Below, piece by piece: positions 38,681 through 46,965 of a DNA stretch of 64,000 nt (its first letter is position 1; every line of letters starts with the position of its first letter). Origin of the DNA: Thermoproteota archaeon (GTDB lineage Archaea > Korarchaeota > Korarchaeia > Korarchaeales > Korarchaeaceae). A program made the position numbers and the translations under genes. The notes below the pieces were generated by a model, which searched no databases, was not told the DNA's origin, and was given only the letters and a program-made list of their open reading frames with translations. The stretch spans positions 192,001-256,000 of the forward strand of contig JALSOH010000004.1 of assembly GCA_026986575.1 (NCBI GenBank), given 5' to 3'.

Positions 38681-40333
38681 TCAGGTAACCCTCCTAGCTC
38701 TTATGAGGGCCGTTAGGGAGATGATCGTGACGAGCATGATGGCTAGGTATGGGATGTACTCTAGGTAGCCATGACGCCTCTTGAGCTCGATCTTCACGCT
38801 CGTGATCTCCTTAAAATACCCAGTAAAGCTCGAGGAAAGGGTTGATACATAGATGAATAAACCCTCTTCATCTTCGTACCACTTAAAGTAAACGGAGGGG
38901 AGGTCTACCTCAACATAGGGAAGGAAATCCCCTTCATCAGGCAATTGCAGCCGAAGGTATATGACCGGAGTGGCCTTGGAGATGCTCACTCTGTACATGT
39001 AACCATTCCTCTCTATGATATAGGGGATTTCGTGGGATGCCAGGCTCAGGGTAGGATCACCCAGCAGGACCTCATAGGCCGCTTCTCTAGGACTTATCCC
39101 TTTCTCCGTGGCCTCCTTTATGTGCAAGTTGTTCACTGTCATAACAGCCTCTCCCAGCGTGCGGCCTGTTAGGACCATCATCAAGATGAGATCTGGATAG
39201 GAGGTACCTGCCTCAGATCCTATGCTGAACTCCACCCTTGTGGCTCCTATATATGCAAACGCCCCGGCATCTAGAAAGGAATAGGCTATGGAACTCTTGG
39301 GATCATCGAGATTTGGGAACCTCAGGGTATCGCACGACAAGGTGATCACTATAGCTCCCAACGGTCTAGCGGACCTCACTATGGAAGGTGTGATGACCAC
39401 GTTACCCTCAGTCTTCAGGGCCATGACGTAGGGGTTCCCGTGCAGGTTGAGATAGATGATACCATTTCTTGCTTCTCTGAGTATCTTAGCGGAATCTTTC
39501 GCCGTCAGGTTGGAATATCCTACATCGGGGTGCAGAATCTTCGTGCTCAATCCGTAGGATGATGCTATGAATTCCACTTTCCTAGCTAAAGGAAGATCCT
39601 CGACGAGGGAGATGCCTCTAAGCCTGTTGATTAAACCCATTGAAGCAGCATCGTCTGCGAGCAGCATTAGGAAGGGTGTAGCCACATCGGGGCCGGTCAG
39701 GACTCCTAAAGAGGTGTCTAGATACGGATCATCGTCTATACCGATTAGGAAGTCTATAACATTCAGGTATCTCTCATAGTTTCGGGAGGTGAGAGGTTTG
39801 GTCAATAAGATGACGTACCTAACCCCCTTCAAGAGTTCTCGGCTCAGTTGAACCGAATCTAAATCAATTAACTTAGCTCTTTTGAGGAAGGCTGCATAGG
39901 CCGCCAGTAAAGAGTAATTCGGACCATCCGAACTGTAGAACAGGACTGCAACCTCACTCTCCATAGAAGATAGCTCTTGGGATATGAGATCCAACTTCTT
40001 TAGGAGGGGTCCAAAGTCAGCTCCTTGGAGACCCTTCTCTTTAGAGTAAAGCAGGAGGTAGGCGAGTTCATGAGGAGTCATCTTTTCAGGGATAGCTTCA
40101 TAAGATCCAACTTTTGCAGGAAATCCCATCTCCCTGAGCCGATTGCTCGTATAGGAGGCGTTCCGGGCCACTACTATCCTCTCTCCCGGGCCCATCGAGA
40201 GGAAGAACGCTGAAGCCGACCTGTAGTCCTCGAAGACGTGAACTAGAGGAGGGCTACCCGTTTGAGCAGGTGTTAGGATCGGAACATCCGACATTACCAC
40301 CAGTAAAACGATGATGGGAAGGAAAGATCTCAA
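38681..40333 (-). CDS. Secreted, C-terminally anchored C25 (gingipain/caspase-fold) peptidase-like protein
   Basis: Signal peptide; LNLHGN...TLSC His-Cys dyad pattern; GAFAYIGA, LLGDP; C-terminal TM plus basic tail. Confidence 0.7.
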   Translation of the reverse strand: MRSFLPIIVLLVVMSDVPILTPAQTGSPPLVHVFEDYRSASAFFLSMGPGERIVVARNASYTSNRLREMGFPAKVGSYEAIPEKMTPHELAYLLLYSKEKGLQGADFGPLLKKLDLISQELSSMESEVAVLFYSSDGPNYSLLAAYAAFLKRAKLIDLDSVQLSRELLKGVRYVILLTKPLTSRNYERYLNVIDFLIGIDDDPYLDTSLGVLTGPDVATPFLMLLADDAASMGLINRLRGISLVEDLPLARKVEFIASSYGLSTKILHPDVGYSNLTAKDSAKILREARNGIIYLNLHGNPYVMALKTEGNVVITPSIVRSARPLGAIVITLSCDTLRFPNLDDPKSSIAYSFLDAGAFAYIGATRVEFSIGSEAGTSYPDLILMMVLTGRTLGEAVMTVNNLHIKEATEKGISPREAAYEVLLGDPTLSLASHEIPYIIERNGYMYRVSISKATPVIYLRLQLPDEGDFLPYVEVDLPSVYFKWYEDEEGLFIYVSTLSSSFTGYFKEITSVKIELKRRHGYLEYIPYLAIMLVTIISLTALIRARRVT

Positions 40334-40671
40334 TCATTACCCCCGCATTCCTTCTTGAACAGTATCTGATACTGCAGACTGGTAAACCCGTAGTTTTGAA
40401 GCACCCTTTCCAAGTCTGAGGAGAAACGACACGGGATGGAGCAAACAGGCGTTCTCTTCACGTAATACGCTATGTATTTCCATTCCTGATCCTCATCATC
40501 TAGAAGATCTGCTAGGGACCCGAGCCTCCTCTTAGAGGAGAGCACAGATCTAATGAAGGCGAGAGTGAGGTCAACCACTAAATCTAACGACTTACCTGAC
40601 TTGAAACCTTCCCTCCTCGCAAGCTCCCTTACTGCAGAAGATATGACCTCCTCCAGTTTCTCTGCTGTCAA
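40330..40671 (-). CDS. Hypothetical protein
   Basis: TTG start after SD AGGTG just 3' of tRNA-Gly; ATGA overlap with the next gene. Confidence 0.6.
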   Translation of the reverse strand: MTAEKLEEVISSAVRELARREGFKSGKSLDLVVDLTLAFIRSVLSSKRRLGSLADLLDDEDQEWKYIAYYVKRTPVCSIPCRFSSDLERVLQNYGFTSLQYQILFKKECGGND

Positions 40672-40691
40672 GACGCGACACCTGTATATTA

Positions 40692-40768
40692 TGGTGCGGC
40701 CGCCGGGATTTGAACCCGGGTCTCCGGCTTGGAGGGCCGGCATCCTGTCCAGGCTAGACTACGGCCGC
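40692..40768 (-). tRNA. tRNA-Gly(TCC), CCA encoded, with C at position 33
   Basis: GCGGCCG/CGGCCGC acceptor, CCGGC-CCTCCAA-GCCGG, GTTCAAATC. Confidence 0.92.
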
Positions 40769-40990
40769 CAGCTGTCTATGCTGCCTCTTGGATCTAAAAA
40801 CTTTAGCTCAGCGCCTGCGCTGGGGAAATCGCAAAATGAATTGGTAAATATATTGTAGAGAGTATGATATACTGTAAATAACTGGTTTAACTCTAAATGA
40901 AATCAGAAGAATCTGTCCATAGTAGTTTGTTATGATGCAGCGACCCCAGAGGATAATGGGGTCGAGGGACCCGACCATTGATAAGTTTAG

Positions 40991-41006
40991 CGAAACTTTT
41001 ATATAT
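40991..41006 (+). promoter_or_regulatory. BRE-TATA promoter for tfb
   Basis: CGAAAC-TTTTATATA. Confidence 0.65.
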
Positions 41007-41057
41007 GCATATGGGGGTCTACACTTCGGCAATTTACTAAAGGGGTGGTGGGTTTTC

Positions 41058-42065
41058 CTGTCTCGGGAGAAGAGAGATTATCCTAAGGCTGATGAACTTT
41101 CCTCTCAGGAAGAGGAGGAGCTAAAGTGTCCCAGATGCGGGAGCACTAACATAGTGGAGGATCCTGAAACCGGGGATCTGGTTTGCCAAGATTGTGGTCT
41201 CATTATAGATTCAAGCGTTCTGAACTTCTCGAAGGACTGGAGGGCCTTTGATTCAGATGAGTACATGGAGAGGGCTCATGCTGGTGCTCCGGTTACTCCA
41301 TTAAGACCGGGCTTCGGTCTTGACACTGAGATAACTCTTACTAGGGGGCTAAGCAAGAAATCCGTGAACCAGTTGAAGAGGACCCAGAAGCATGTGGCGG
41401 ACTCCAAGGAGAAGACCGTGGAACCTGCCCTAAGGAAGATAAGAGATGCTGCCGAGTCTCTAAATCTACCTCAAGAGACTGTCGAGGATGCGGCCACTCT
41501 CTACAGGATGGCCGCACGAGCTGGACTCGTTAAAGGGAGGAGTATGGATGCCATGGTAGCCGCGGTCATCTATGCCGCCTGTAGGAGAACCGATGTTCCT
41601 AGGACCTTAGAGGAGGTATCGAGGTACTTCTCTCTGGAGGAGAAAGAGGTCGGGAGGAGTTTCAGGTTCCTGTTCAGGAAGCTAGGGATACAAATACCTC
41701 CACCGAAACCGGAGAATTTCGTATATCTCATATGCTCTAAGCTGAACCTCCCTGAAGAGATCGCGACACAGGCAATAAGGATAATCAAGATAGCCAAGAA
41801 GAACGGAGCCACAATGGGAAGAGAGCCGGTAGGCGTGGCCGCAGCAGCGGTCTACATGGCCTGCCAAGAGTTAGGTATACATAGGACTCAGAGAGAGTTA
41901 GCTCAAGCAGCTAACGTTACTGAGGTCACTGTAAGGAATAGGTACAAGGAACTCATCCAGAAGGCCCGCAAAGAATGGTTAGATGAGATAGGAGAGGAAC
42001 GATTGAACGAAATAAAGAAGAGAATAGCCGAGAAAGTGAAAGCAGCCTCGCAGGTGAAAGAATAA
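41058..42065 (+). CDS. tfb: Transcription initiation factor TFB
   Basis: CPRC..CQDCG Zn ribbon, WRAF, two cyclin folds, VTEVTVRNRYKE; start uncertain (CTG 41058 or ATG 40932). Confidence 0.95.
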   Translation: MSREKRDYPKADELSSQEEEELKCPRCGSTNIVEDPETGDLVCQDCGLIIDSSVLNFSKDWRAFDSDEYMERAHAGAPVTPLRPGFGLDTEITLTRGLSKKSVNQLKRTQKHVADSKEKTVEPALRKIRDAAESLNLPQETVEDAATLYRMAARAGLVKGRSMDAMVAAVIYAACRRTDVPRTLEEVSRYFSLEEKEVGRSFRFLFRKLGIQIPPPKPENFVYLICSKLNLPEEIATQAIRIIKIAKKNGATMGREPVGVAAAAVYMACQELGIHRTQRELAQAANVTEVTVRNRYKELIQKARKEWLDEIGEERLNEIKKRIAEKVKAASQVKE

Positions 42066-42105
42066 TCTTTTTATTCCCCCTTCAACGGCTCCATGGTGAG
42101 TGGGA

Positions 42106-42249
42106 ATGTATCAGTGCCTGAGGTGCGGTTACATCTTCACTAAAGAGGAGATGGAGGAATATTTCAAGGACTTCAAATGTCCGAGATGCGGGTACAGGAT
42201 CCTGAGGAAAGTGAGGAAAGAGGAACCCAAAGTGGTAAAGGCGATCTGA
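42106..42249 (+). CDS. rpoP: RNA polymerase subunit Rpo12 (RpoP), missed by the ORF track
   Basis: Manual translation: MYQCLRCGYIFTKEEMEEYFKDFKCPRCGYRILRKVRKEEPKVVKAI. Confidence 0.92.
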   Translation: MYQCLRCGYIFTKEEMEEYFKDFKCPRCGYRILRKVRKEEPKVVKAI

Positions 42250-42250
42250 G

Positions 42251-42829
42251 TTGCCAGCCGATCAGGCGAACGAGTGGTTAACAAAGGAAATACTCACACT
42301 GGCCGTACTATTCCTGATCTTCTTAGCCTTTTTCAAGGTAGCCCTACCCCTACTGACGGGTGTGGACTCCCCATTTACCGTGGTGACATCGGGATCGATG
42401 AGACCCACCTTGGAGGTGGGGGATCTACTCATAGTGGTAGGCGCTGATCCTTACGATCTAAAGGTGGGGGACATAATAGTGTTCAGAGTCCCTTGGTCGA
42501 GCTCGCTAATAGTTCACAGGATAATCCGAATAGATATGAGCACAAACGGGCCAGTCTTTTACACTAAGGGAGATAACAACGCGCTTCCTGATCCTGGTTT
42601 CAGGACCCCTAAGGACATATACGGCAAAGTGGTTCTCAGAATTCCCTACTTGGGTTCCGCTCTGGAGCTGCTCCAGTCTCTTCCAGCCAAGCTGGCAATC
42701 GTCGGAATTATTGCAGCATATCTCCTATATGAGTATTCCAATATGTTAGGAAGAGGGAGTACCGATAATGGGTCGTATGAGCTTTACACAACCGAGCAAG
42801 ACGATAACTTGGAAGAAACTCGAGATTAA
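42251..42829 (+). CDS. Signal peptidase I (Sec11 type)
   Basis: VTSGSMRP, GDII, IVHR, TKGDNN. Confidence 0.93.
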   Translation: MPADQANEWLTKEILTLAVLFLIFLAFFKVALPLLTGVDSPFTVVTSGSMRPTLEVGDLLIVVGADPYDLKVGDIIVFRVPWSSSLIVHRIIRIDMSTNGPVFYTKGDNNALPDPGFRTPKDIYGKVVLRIPYLGSALELLQSLPAKLAIVGIIAAYLLYEYSNMLGRGSTDNGSYELYTTEQDDNLEETRD

Positions 42830-42938
42830 AGTGATTAGAGGCATCTAGTGGGAGATACAGGGGACCTCAGCGAGGAAGGTAACTGCCTCTCCTTTATATA
42901 TAACGGGTCACCCGGATAGTAGTGAAACGGGGAAAACT

Positions 42939-43574
42939 ATGTCATTCGACGATAGCGAAAGCGAAGTAATGGAAGAAAAATCCACGGAAAAGGAAGATGT
43001 GGAAGAGATTTTAAGAAGGCTTAGGGAGCCCGAGATAACCATCCAGAACGTCGTGTCATCAGCGGACATAAGGCAGAGGCTCGATCTACACGAGATTGCC
43101 AAGAAGATAAAGAAATCAAGGTATGATCCGGAGAAGTTCCCCGGATTAGTGCTCAAGCTCGATGAACCCAAGGCTGCCCTCCTGCTCTTCAGCAGTGGGA
43201 AGTTCGTATGCACTGGCACTAAGTCCGTAGAGGAATCGGCTAGAGCTATAAATGCTGCAATAGAGGTCCTCAAGAAGCATGGGATAGAGGTCAAAAGGAG
43301 ACCCCTCATCAAGGCTGAGAACATAGTTGCATCGGCAAAGCTCTTCATCAAGGTGGACATAGAGAAGCTGGCTTTGGAGCTTCCTAACACTCTCTACGAG
43401 CCAGAACAGTTCCCAGGTCTAATCTTCAGGATGAAGGATCCTGACGTCGTTTTCCTAATATTCGCCTCCGGAAGCTTAGTTTGTACCGGTGCGAAGAAGG
43501 AGTCTGACGTAAAGAGGGCAGTCTACAAACTGAGGAGGATCCTAGCCGAAGGAGGATACCTAGTTTTCGATTGA
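42939..43574 (+). CDS. tbp: TATA-binding protein
   Basis: NVVSS, YDPEKFPGL, FSSGK, YEPEQFPGL. Confidence 0.97.
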   Translation: MSFDDSESEVMEEKSTEKEDVEEILRRLREPEITIQNVVSSADIRQRLDLHEIAKKIKKSRYDPEKFPGLVLKLDEPKAALLLFSSGKFVCTGTKSVEESARAINAAIEVLKKHGIEVKRRPLIKAENIVASAKLFIKVDIEKLALELPNTLYEPEQFPGLIFRMKDPDVVFLIFASGSLVCTGAKKESDVKRAVYKLRRILAEGGYLVFD

Positions 43575-43639
43575 ATACTGGTTCTCCCGACTCCAGCCCT
43601 TTTTATTTTAGTCAGGCGTTAGCTGTGGGGGGTGGGTCC

Positions 43640-44737
43640 ATGGTAAAGACAACAGTCTCGGTTATTAAAGCCGATATAGGGGGCCTGGCTGGGCATCACG
43701 TGGTTCACCCTAAGCTCAAGGAAGTAGCTGCTCAGGAGCTGTCTAGAGCCAAAGACTCTAGGCTTATAGAGGATTTCTACGTGACAGCAGTGGGAGACGA
43801 TCTTCAGCTTATAATGACACACAGGAAGGGAGTAGAGAACCCTGAAATCCACGAACTAGCTTGGAATGTTTTCAAGGAAGGTACTGAGGTGGCGAAGGAG
43901 TTAGGACTCTATGGCGCGGGACAGGACCTCCTGAAGGATGCGTTCTCAGGGAACCTAAAGGGTATGGGGCCTGGAGTGGCTGAAATGGAGTTCGAAGAGA
44001 GACCCTCCGATCCTGTAATTGTGTTCATGGCAGATAAGACCGAACCGGGCGCCTTCAACCTTCCCATGTTCCGGATATTCGCGGATCCCTTCAACACGGC
44101 TGGCTTGGTTATAGACCCTAGGCTCCACGACGGTTTCATATTCGAGATAATGGATGTGATGGAGAGCAAGGTCGTGGAGATGTCCTCTCCGGAGGAGATG
44201 TACGACATTCTCTCCCTAATCGGTACCCCCGGCAGGTATGTGATACGCAGGGTGTTTAGGAAGTCCGATAGAGAGATAGCGGCCGTGGTCAGTACAACTA
44301 GGCTGAACCTGATCGCTGGTAAGTACGTGGGTAAGGACGATCCTGTGGCTATAGTTAGGGCGCAAAGCGGATTTCCGGCGCTAGGAGAGGTGCTAGAACC
44401 TTTCTCGTTCCCCTTCTTGGTGGCTGGCTGGATGAGGGGATCTCATCACGGTCCCCTCATGCCCGTCTCCGAGGCCGACGCGAGGCCCAGTAGATTCGAT
44501 GGTCCTCCCAGAATAGTCGCCTTAGGATTCCAAGTGCAGGACTCTAAGCTAATAGGACCGAGCGATCTCTTCTCTGATGTGGCCTTCGATGAAGCTAGGA
44601 GAATGGCTAACATGATAACTGACTACATGAGGAGGCACGGTCCCTTCATGCCACATAGGCTCGGACCCGAGGAGATGGAGTACACGACCTTGCCCAAGGT
44701 ACTGGAGAAATTAAAGGACAGGTTCAAGCCCGAGTGA
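43640..44737 (+). CDS. fbp: Bifunctional fructose-1,6-bisphosphate aldolase/phosphatase
   Basis: IKADIGG, YGAGQDLL, DKTEPGA, YVGKDDP, MRGSH, MEYTTL. Confidence 0.97.
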   Translation: MVKTTVSVIKADIGGLAGHHVVHPKLKEVAAQELSRAKDSRLIEDFYVTAVGDDLQLIMTHRKGVENPEIHELAWNVFKEGTEVAKELGLYGAGQDLLKDAFSGNLKGMGPGVAEMEFEERPSDPVIVFMADKTEPGAFNLPMFRIFADPFNTAGLVIDPRLHDGFIFEIMDVMESKVVEMSSPEEMYDILSLIGTPGRYVIRRVFRKSDREIAAVVSTTRLNLIAGKYVGKDDPVAIVRAQSGFPALGEVLEPFSFPFLVAGWMRGSHHGPLMPVSEADARPSRFDGPPRIVALGFQVQDSKLIGPSDLFSDVAFDEARRMANMITDYMRRHGPFMPHRLGPEEMEYTTLPKVLEKLKDRFKPE

Positions 44738-45413
44738 TTTCCACGAAAGGCCTCACTAACTCCTCCATTTTTTCGTAGGGATTCGGGCTTTTGGCTACAG
44801 CAGAGGCAACAAGCACTCCATAGCTACCGAGTCTTATCGCAGCTCTTACATCTTCTCCACTGGTGATTCCCGCACCGCAGAGGAGATCAACGTCAGGATT
44901 GACGTCTATCACGGCCTTAAGCGAGTTCTGAACGACTTCCGGCTTAGCCTTGGACACGGGAATGCCCGTTCCGATGAGCTCAGGAGGTTCTATGGCGACC
45001 GCGTCTGGGGATAAGGCCGCAACGGCCGCCGACTCTTGAGGCGTTGGAGCGCAGACTATGGGCGAGAGACCCAATTCCTTCAGCTTTGTAACGGCCACGC
45101 CTATATGATGAAGTTCTATCTGCTTCTCAGAATGGTTCAACAGGGAACCTCTAGCACCAGACTTCTTTACGAGTTCAGGCGGAATTTGACCCGTGTGAGC
45201 CCCCGGGTCTATAGGATCCACATGCTGAGAGTACACTGGAATATCAACGCTTTCCGCCACTACTTTCAAATCCAGTAAATTCGGCGCGACGCCGATGAGA
45301 ACTCCAGTTTCCCTCCATACTCTCTCCGCCTGCCTAGCTATCTCCACAGCCTTCTCTCCTGAAGCCTGTGAGTATGCCTTCAGGTTAACCAGCAGCCTAG
45401 GAACATCTGTCAT
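44724..45413 (-). CDS. tpiA: Triosephosphate isomerase (archaeal)
   Basis: NLKAY, NHSE, EPPELIGTG, CGAGI. Confidence 0.96.
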   Translation of the reverse strand: MTDVPRLLVNLKAYSQASGEKAVEIARQAERVWRETGVLIGVAPNLLDLKVVAESVDIPVYSQHVDPIDPGAHTGQIPPELVKKSGARGSLLNHSEKQIELHHIGVAVTKLKELGLSPIVCAPTPQESAAVAALSPDAVAIEPPELIGTGIPVSKAKPEVVQNSLKAVIDVNPDVDLLCGAGITSGEDVRAAIRLGSYGVLVASAVAKSPNPYEKMEELVRPFVEITRA

Positions 45414-45453
45414 AATTTAGTCGCCCTCCCAAATCTTAATCAGCTTTTTGTAG

Positions 45454-46335
45454 GTGAGAGTCTCGATTGAAATGAAGCTGGATTACAGGTGCCCCGCTTG
45501 TATATTGAAAGTGGCAGCTAGAGAGGCTACATATGTACCGACCGACAAGAGACTTCCCTTTATAAGGGATGTAGTGCGCGTCCTACACTCTATGGTGGAC
45601 GAGGCGCCTACCCCCGCTCACATAGCGGCCGAGAGGGAGAAGCTCCTCAGATCCTATTCTGGATCGGAAGATCCCTATGCGACCAGAAAGTGGGAGCTAA
45701 TCGAACTAGTTCGAAAGGATCTAGTTCCCCTGATAGAGGAAGAGCTAGTCAACCTTCCTGAGGGCTACCACAAGTTTAGATGGCTTGCCCTGAACTCTGC
45801 ATCGGCGAATGGGTACGAAGTCCCACTAATGGGAGGGAAGGACCTAATAGATAGGTTCACCAAGGTGGTAGCTAGGGATCTAGAGATAGACAGCACCGAG
45901 GAGGCGTTCGATATAATAACCAAAGCTGGTCCAGGGGACATAATATCCTTCATCTTCGACAACGCCCACGAAGCTCCAATAGACCTAATCTTAGTCAGGT
46001 ACCTAGAACAGATGGGCAAGACCGTATATCTGTTTGCGAAAAAGTCTCCCGTGGCTGATGATCTGACCGTAGAGGAATTACGATCACTACACAGGTCACC
46101 CTATATCTTCGGCCTAAGCTCCCCGCTTGGAGTCATGCCTGAGAAGGAGACGGAGGTTAACATGAACATCCTCAGATCCTCGAAGCTAATTATAGCCAAG
46201 GGGATGGCCAATTACGAGACCCTCACCGAGGTAGACTTAGGTGTAAAGGTGTTACACTTGCTCACACTAAAATGCGAGGCTGTTGCAGAACATGCTGGTG
46301 GAAAGCTGGGGAGTCCAGTAGCTATAATGAGGTGA
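45454..46335 (+). CDS. DUF89/ARMT1-like damage-control phosphatase
   Basis: CPAC, DPY, DNAHE, KGMANYE, KC. Confidence 0.85.
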   Translation: MRVSIEMKLDYRCPACILKVAAREATYVPTDKRLPFIRDVVRVLHSMVDEAPTPAHIAAEREKLLRSYSGSEDPYATRKWELIELVRKDLVPLIEEELVNLPEGYHKFRWLALNSASANGYEVPLMGGKDLIDRFTKVVARDLEIDSTEEAFDIITKAGPGDIISFIFDNAHEAPIDLILVRYLEQMGKTVYLFAKKSPVADDLTVEELRSLHRSPYIFGLSSPLGVMPEKETEVNMNILRSSKLIIAKGMANYETLTEVDLGVKVLHLLTLKCEAVAEHAGGKLGSPVAIMR

Positions 46336-46339
46336 TAGG

Positions 46340-46954
46340 ATGGCGGAGTTCTCTATGGAGGATGGAGAATACCTAGTCAAGCTAGCTAGAAAATCCATAG
46401 AGCACTATATGGAAAGAAGGTCAGTTCTCGAGGTCGATCCTCCCTATTACAAACTGAAGAGCCCTTATGGAGCCTTCGTAACCCTGAACAAATACCCAGA
46501 GGGGGATCTTAGGGGCTGCATAGGTTATCCGGAACCCGTTCTACCCCTTTACAGGGCCGTCATAAGAGCAGCAATAGCGGCGGCTTTCGAGGATCCGAGA
46601 TTCCCTCCTCTAGCTAAGGAGGAGCTCGATAGGGTCACAATAGAGGTCTCAATACTGACCCCTCCTGAGAGGATAGACGACAAAGTGGAGAGCAGACTCG
46701 ACCTATGGAGGCTAGTGACAGTGGGAAAGCACGGGCTGATAGTTCGCCGTGGTATGTATTCCGGCCTCCTGCTTCCACAGGTTGCCGTGGAATACTCTTG
46801 GGACTCCGAAGAATTTCTAAGCCAGACTTGTATCAAAGCCGGAATGTGGGTGGACTGCTGGCTCAAGGAAGGAACTGAAGTATATAGATTCACTGCAGAG
46901 ATCTTTGAGGAAGAGGAACCTAAGGGACGGATCGTCAGGAAGGAGATAGGATAA
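46340..46954 (+). CDS. AMMECR1-domain protein (TIGR00296)
   Basis: GAFVTL, LRGCIG, EDPRF, GLLLPQV. Confidence 0.94.
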   Translation: MAEFSMEDGEYLVKLARKSIEHYMERRSVLEVDPPYYKLKSPYGAFVTLNKYPEGDLRGCIGYPEPVLPLYRAVIRAAIAAAFEDPRFPPLAKEELDRVTIEVSILTPPERIDDKVESRLDLWRLVTVGKHGLIVRRGMYSGLLLPQVAVEYSWDSEEFLSQTCIKAGMWVDCWLKEGTEVYRFTAEIFEEEEPKGRIVRKEIG

Positions 46955-46965
46955 GGTTTGATCGC

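Noticed and set aside
40808-41032. 74-aa minus-strand ORF in the AT-rich intergenic region
   Set aside because: Atypical composition, overlaps the tfb promoter, no SD
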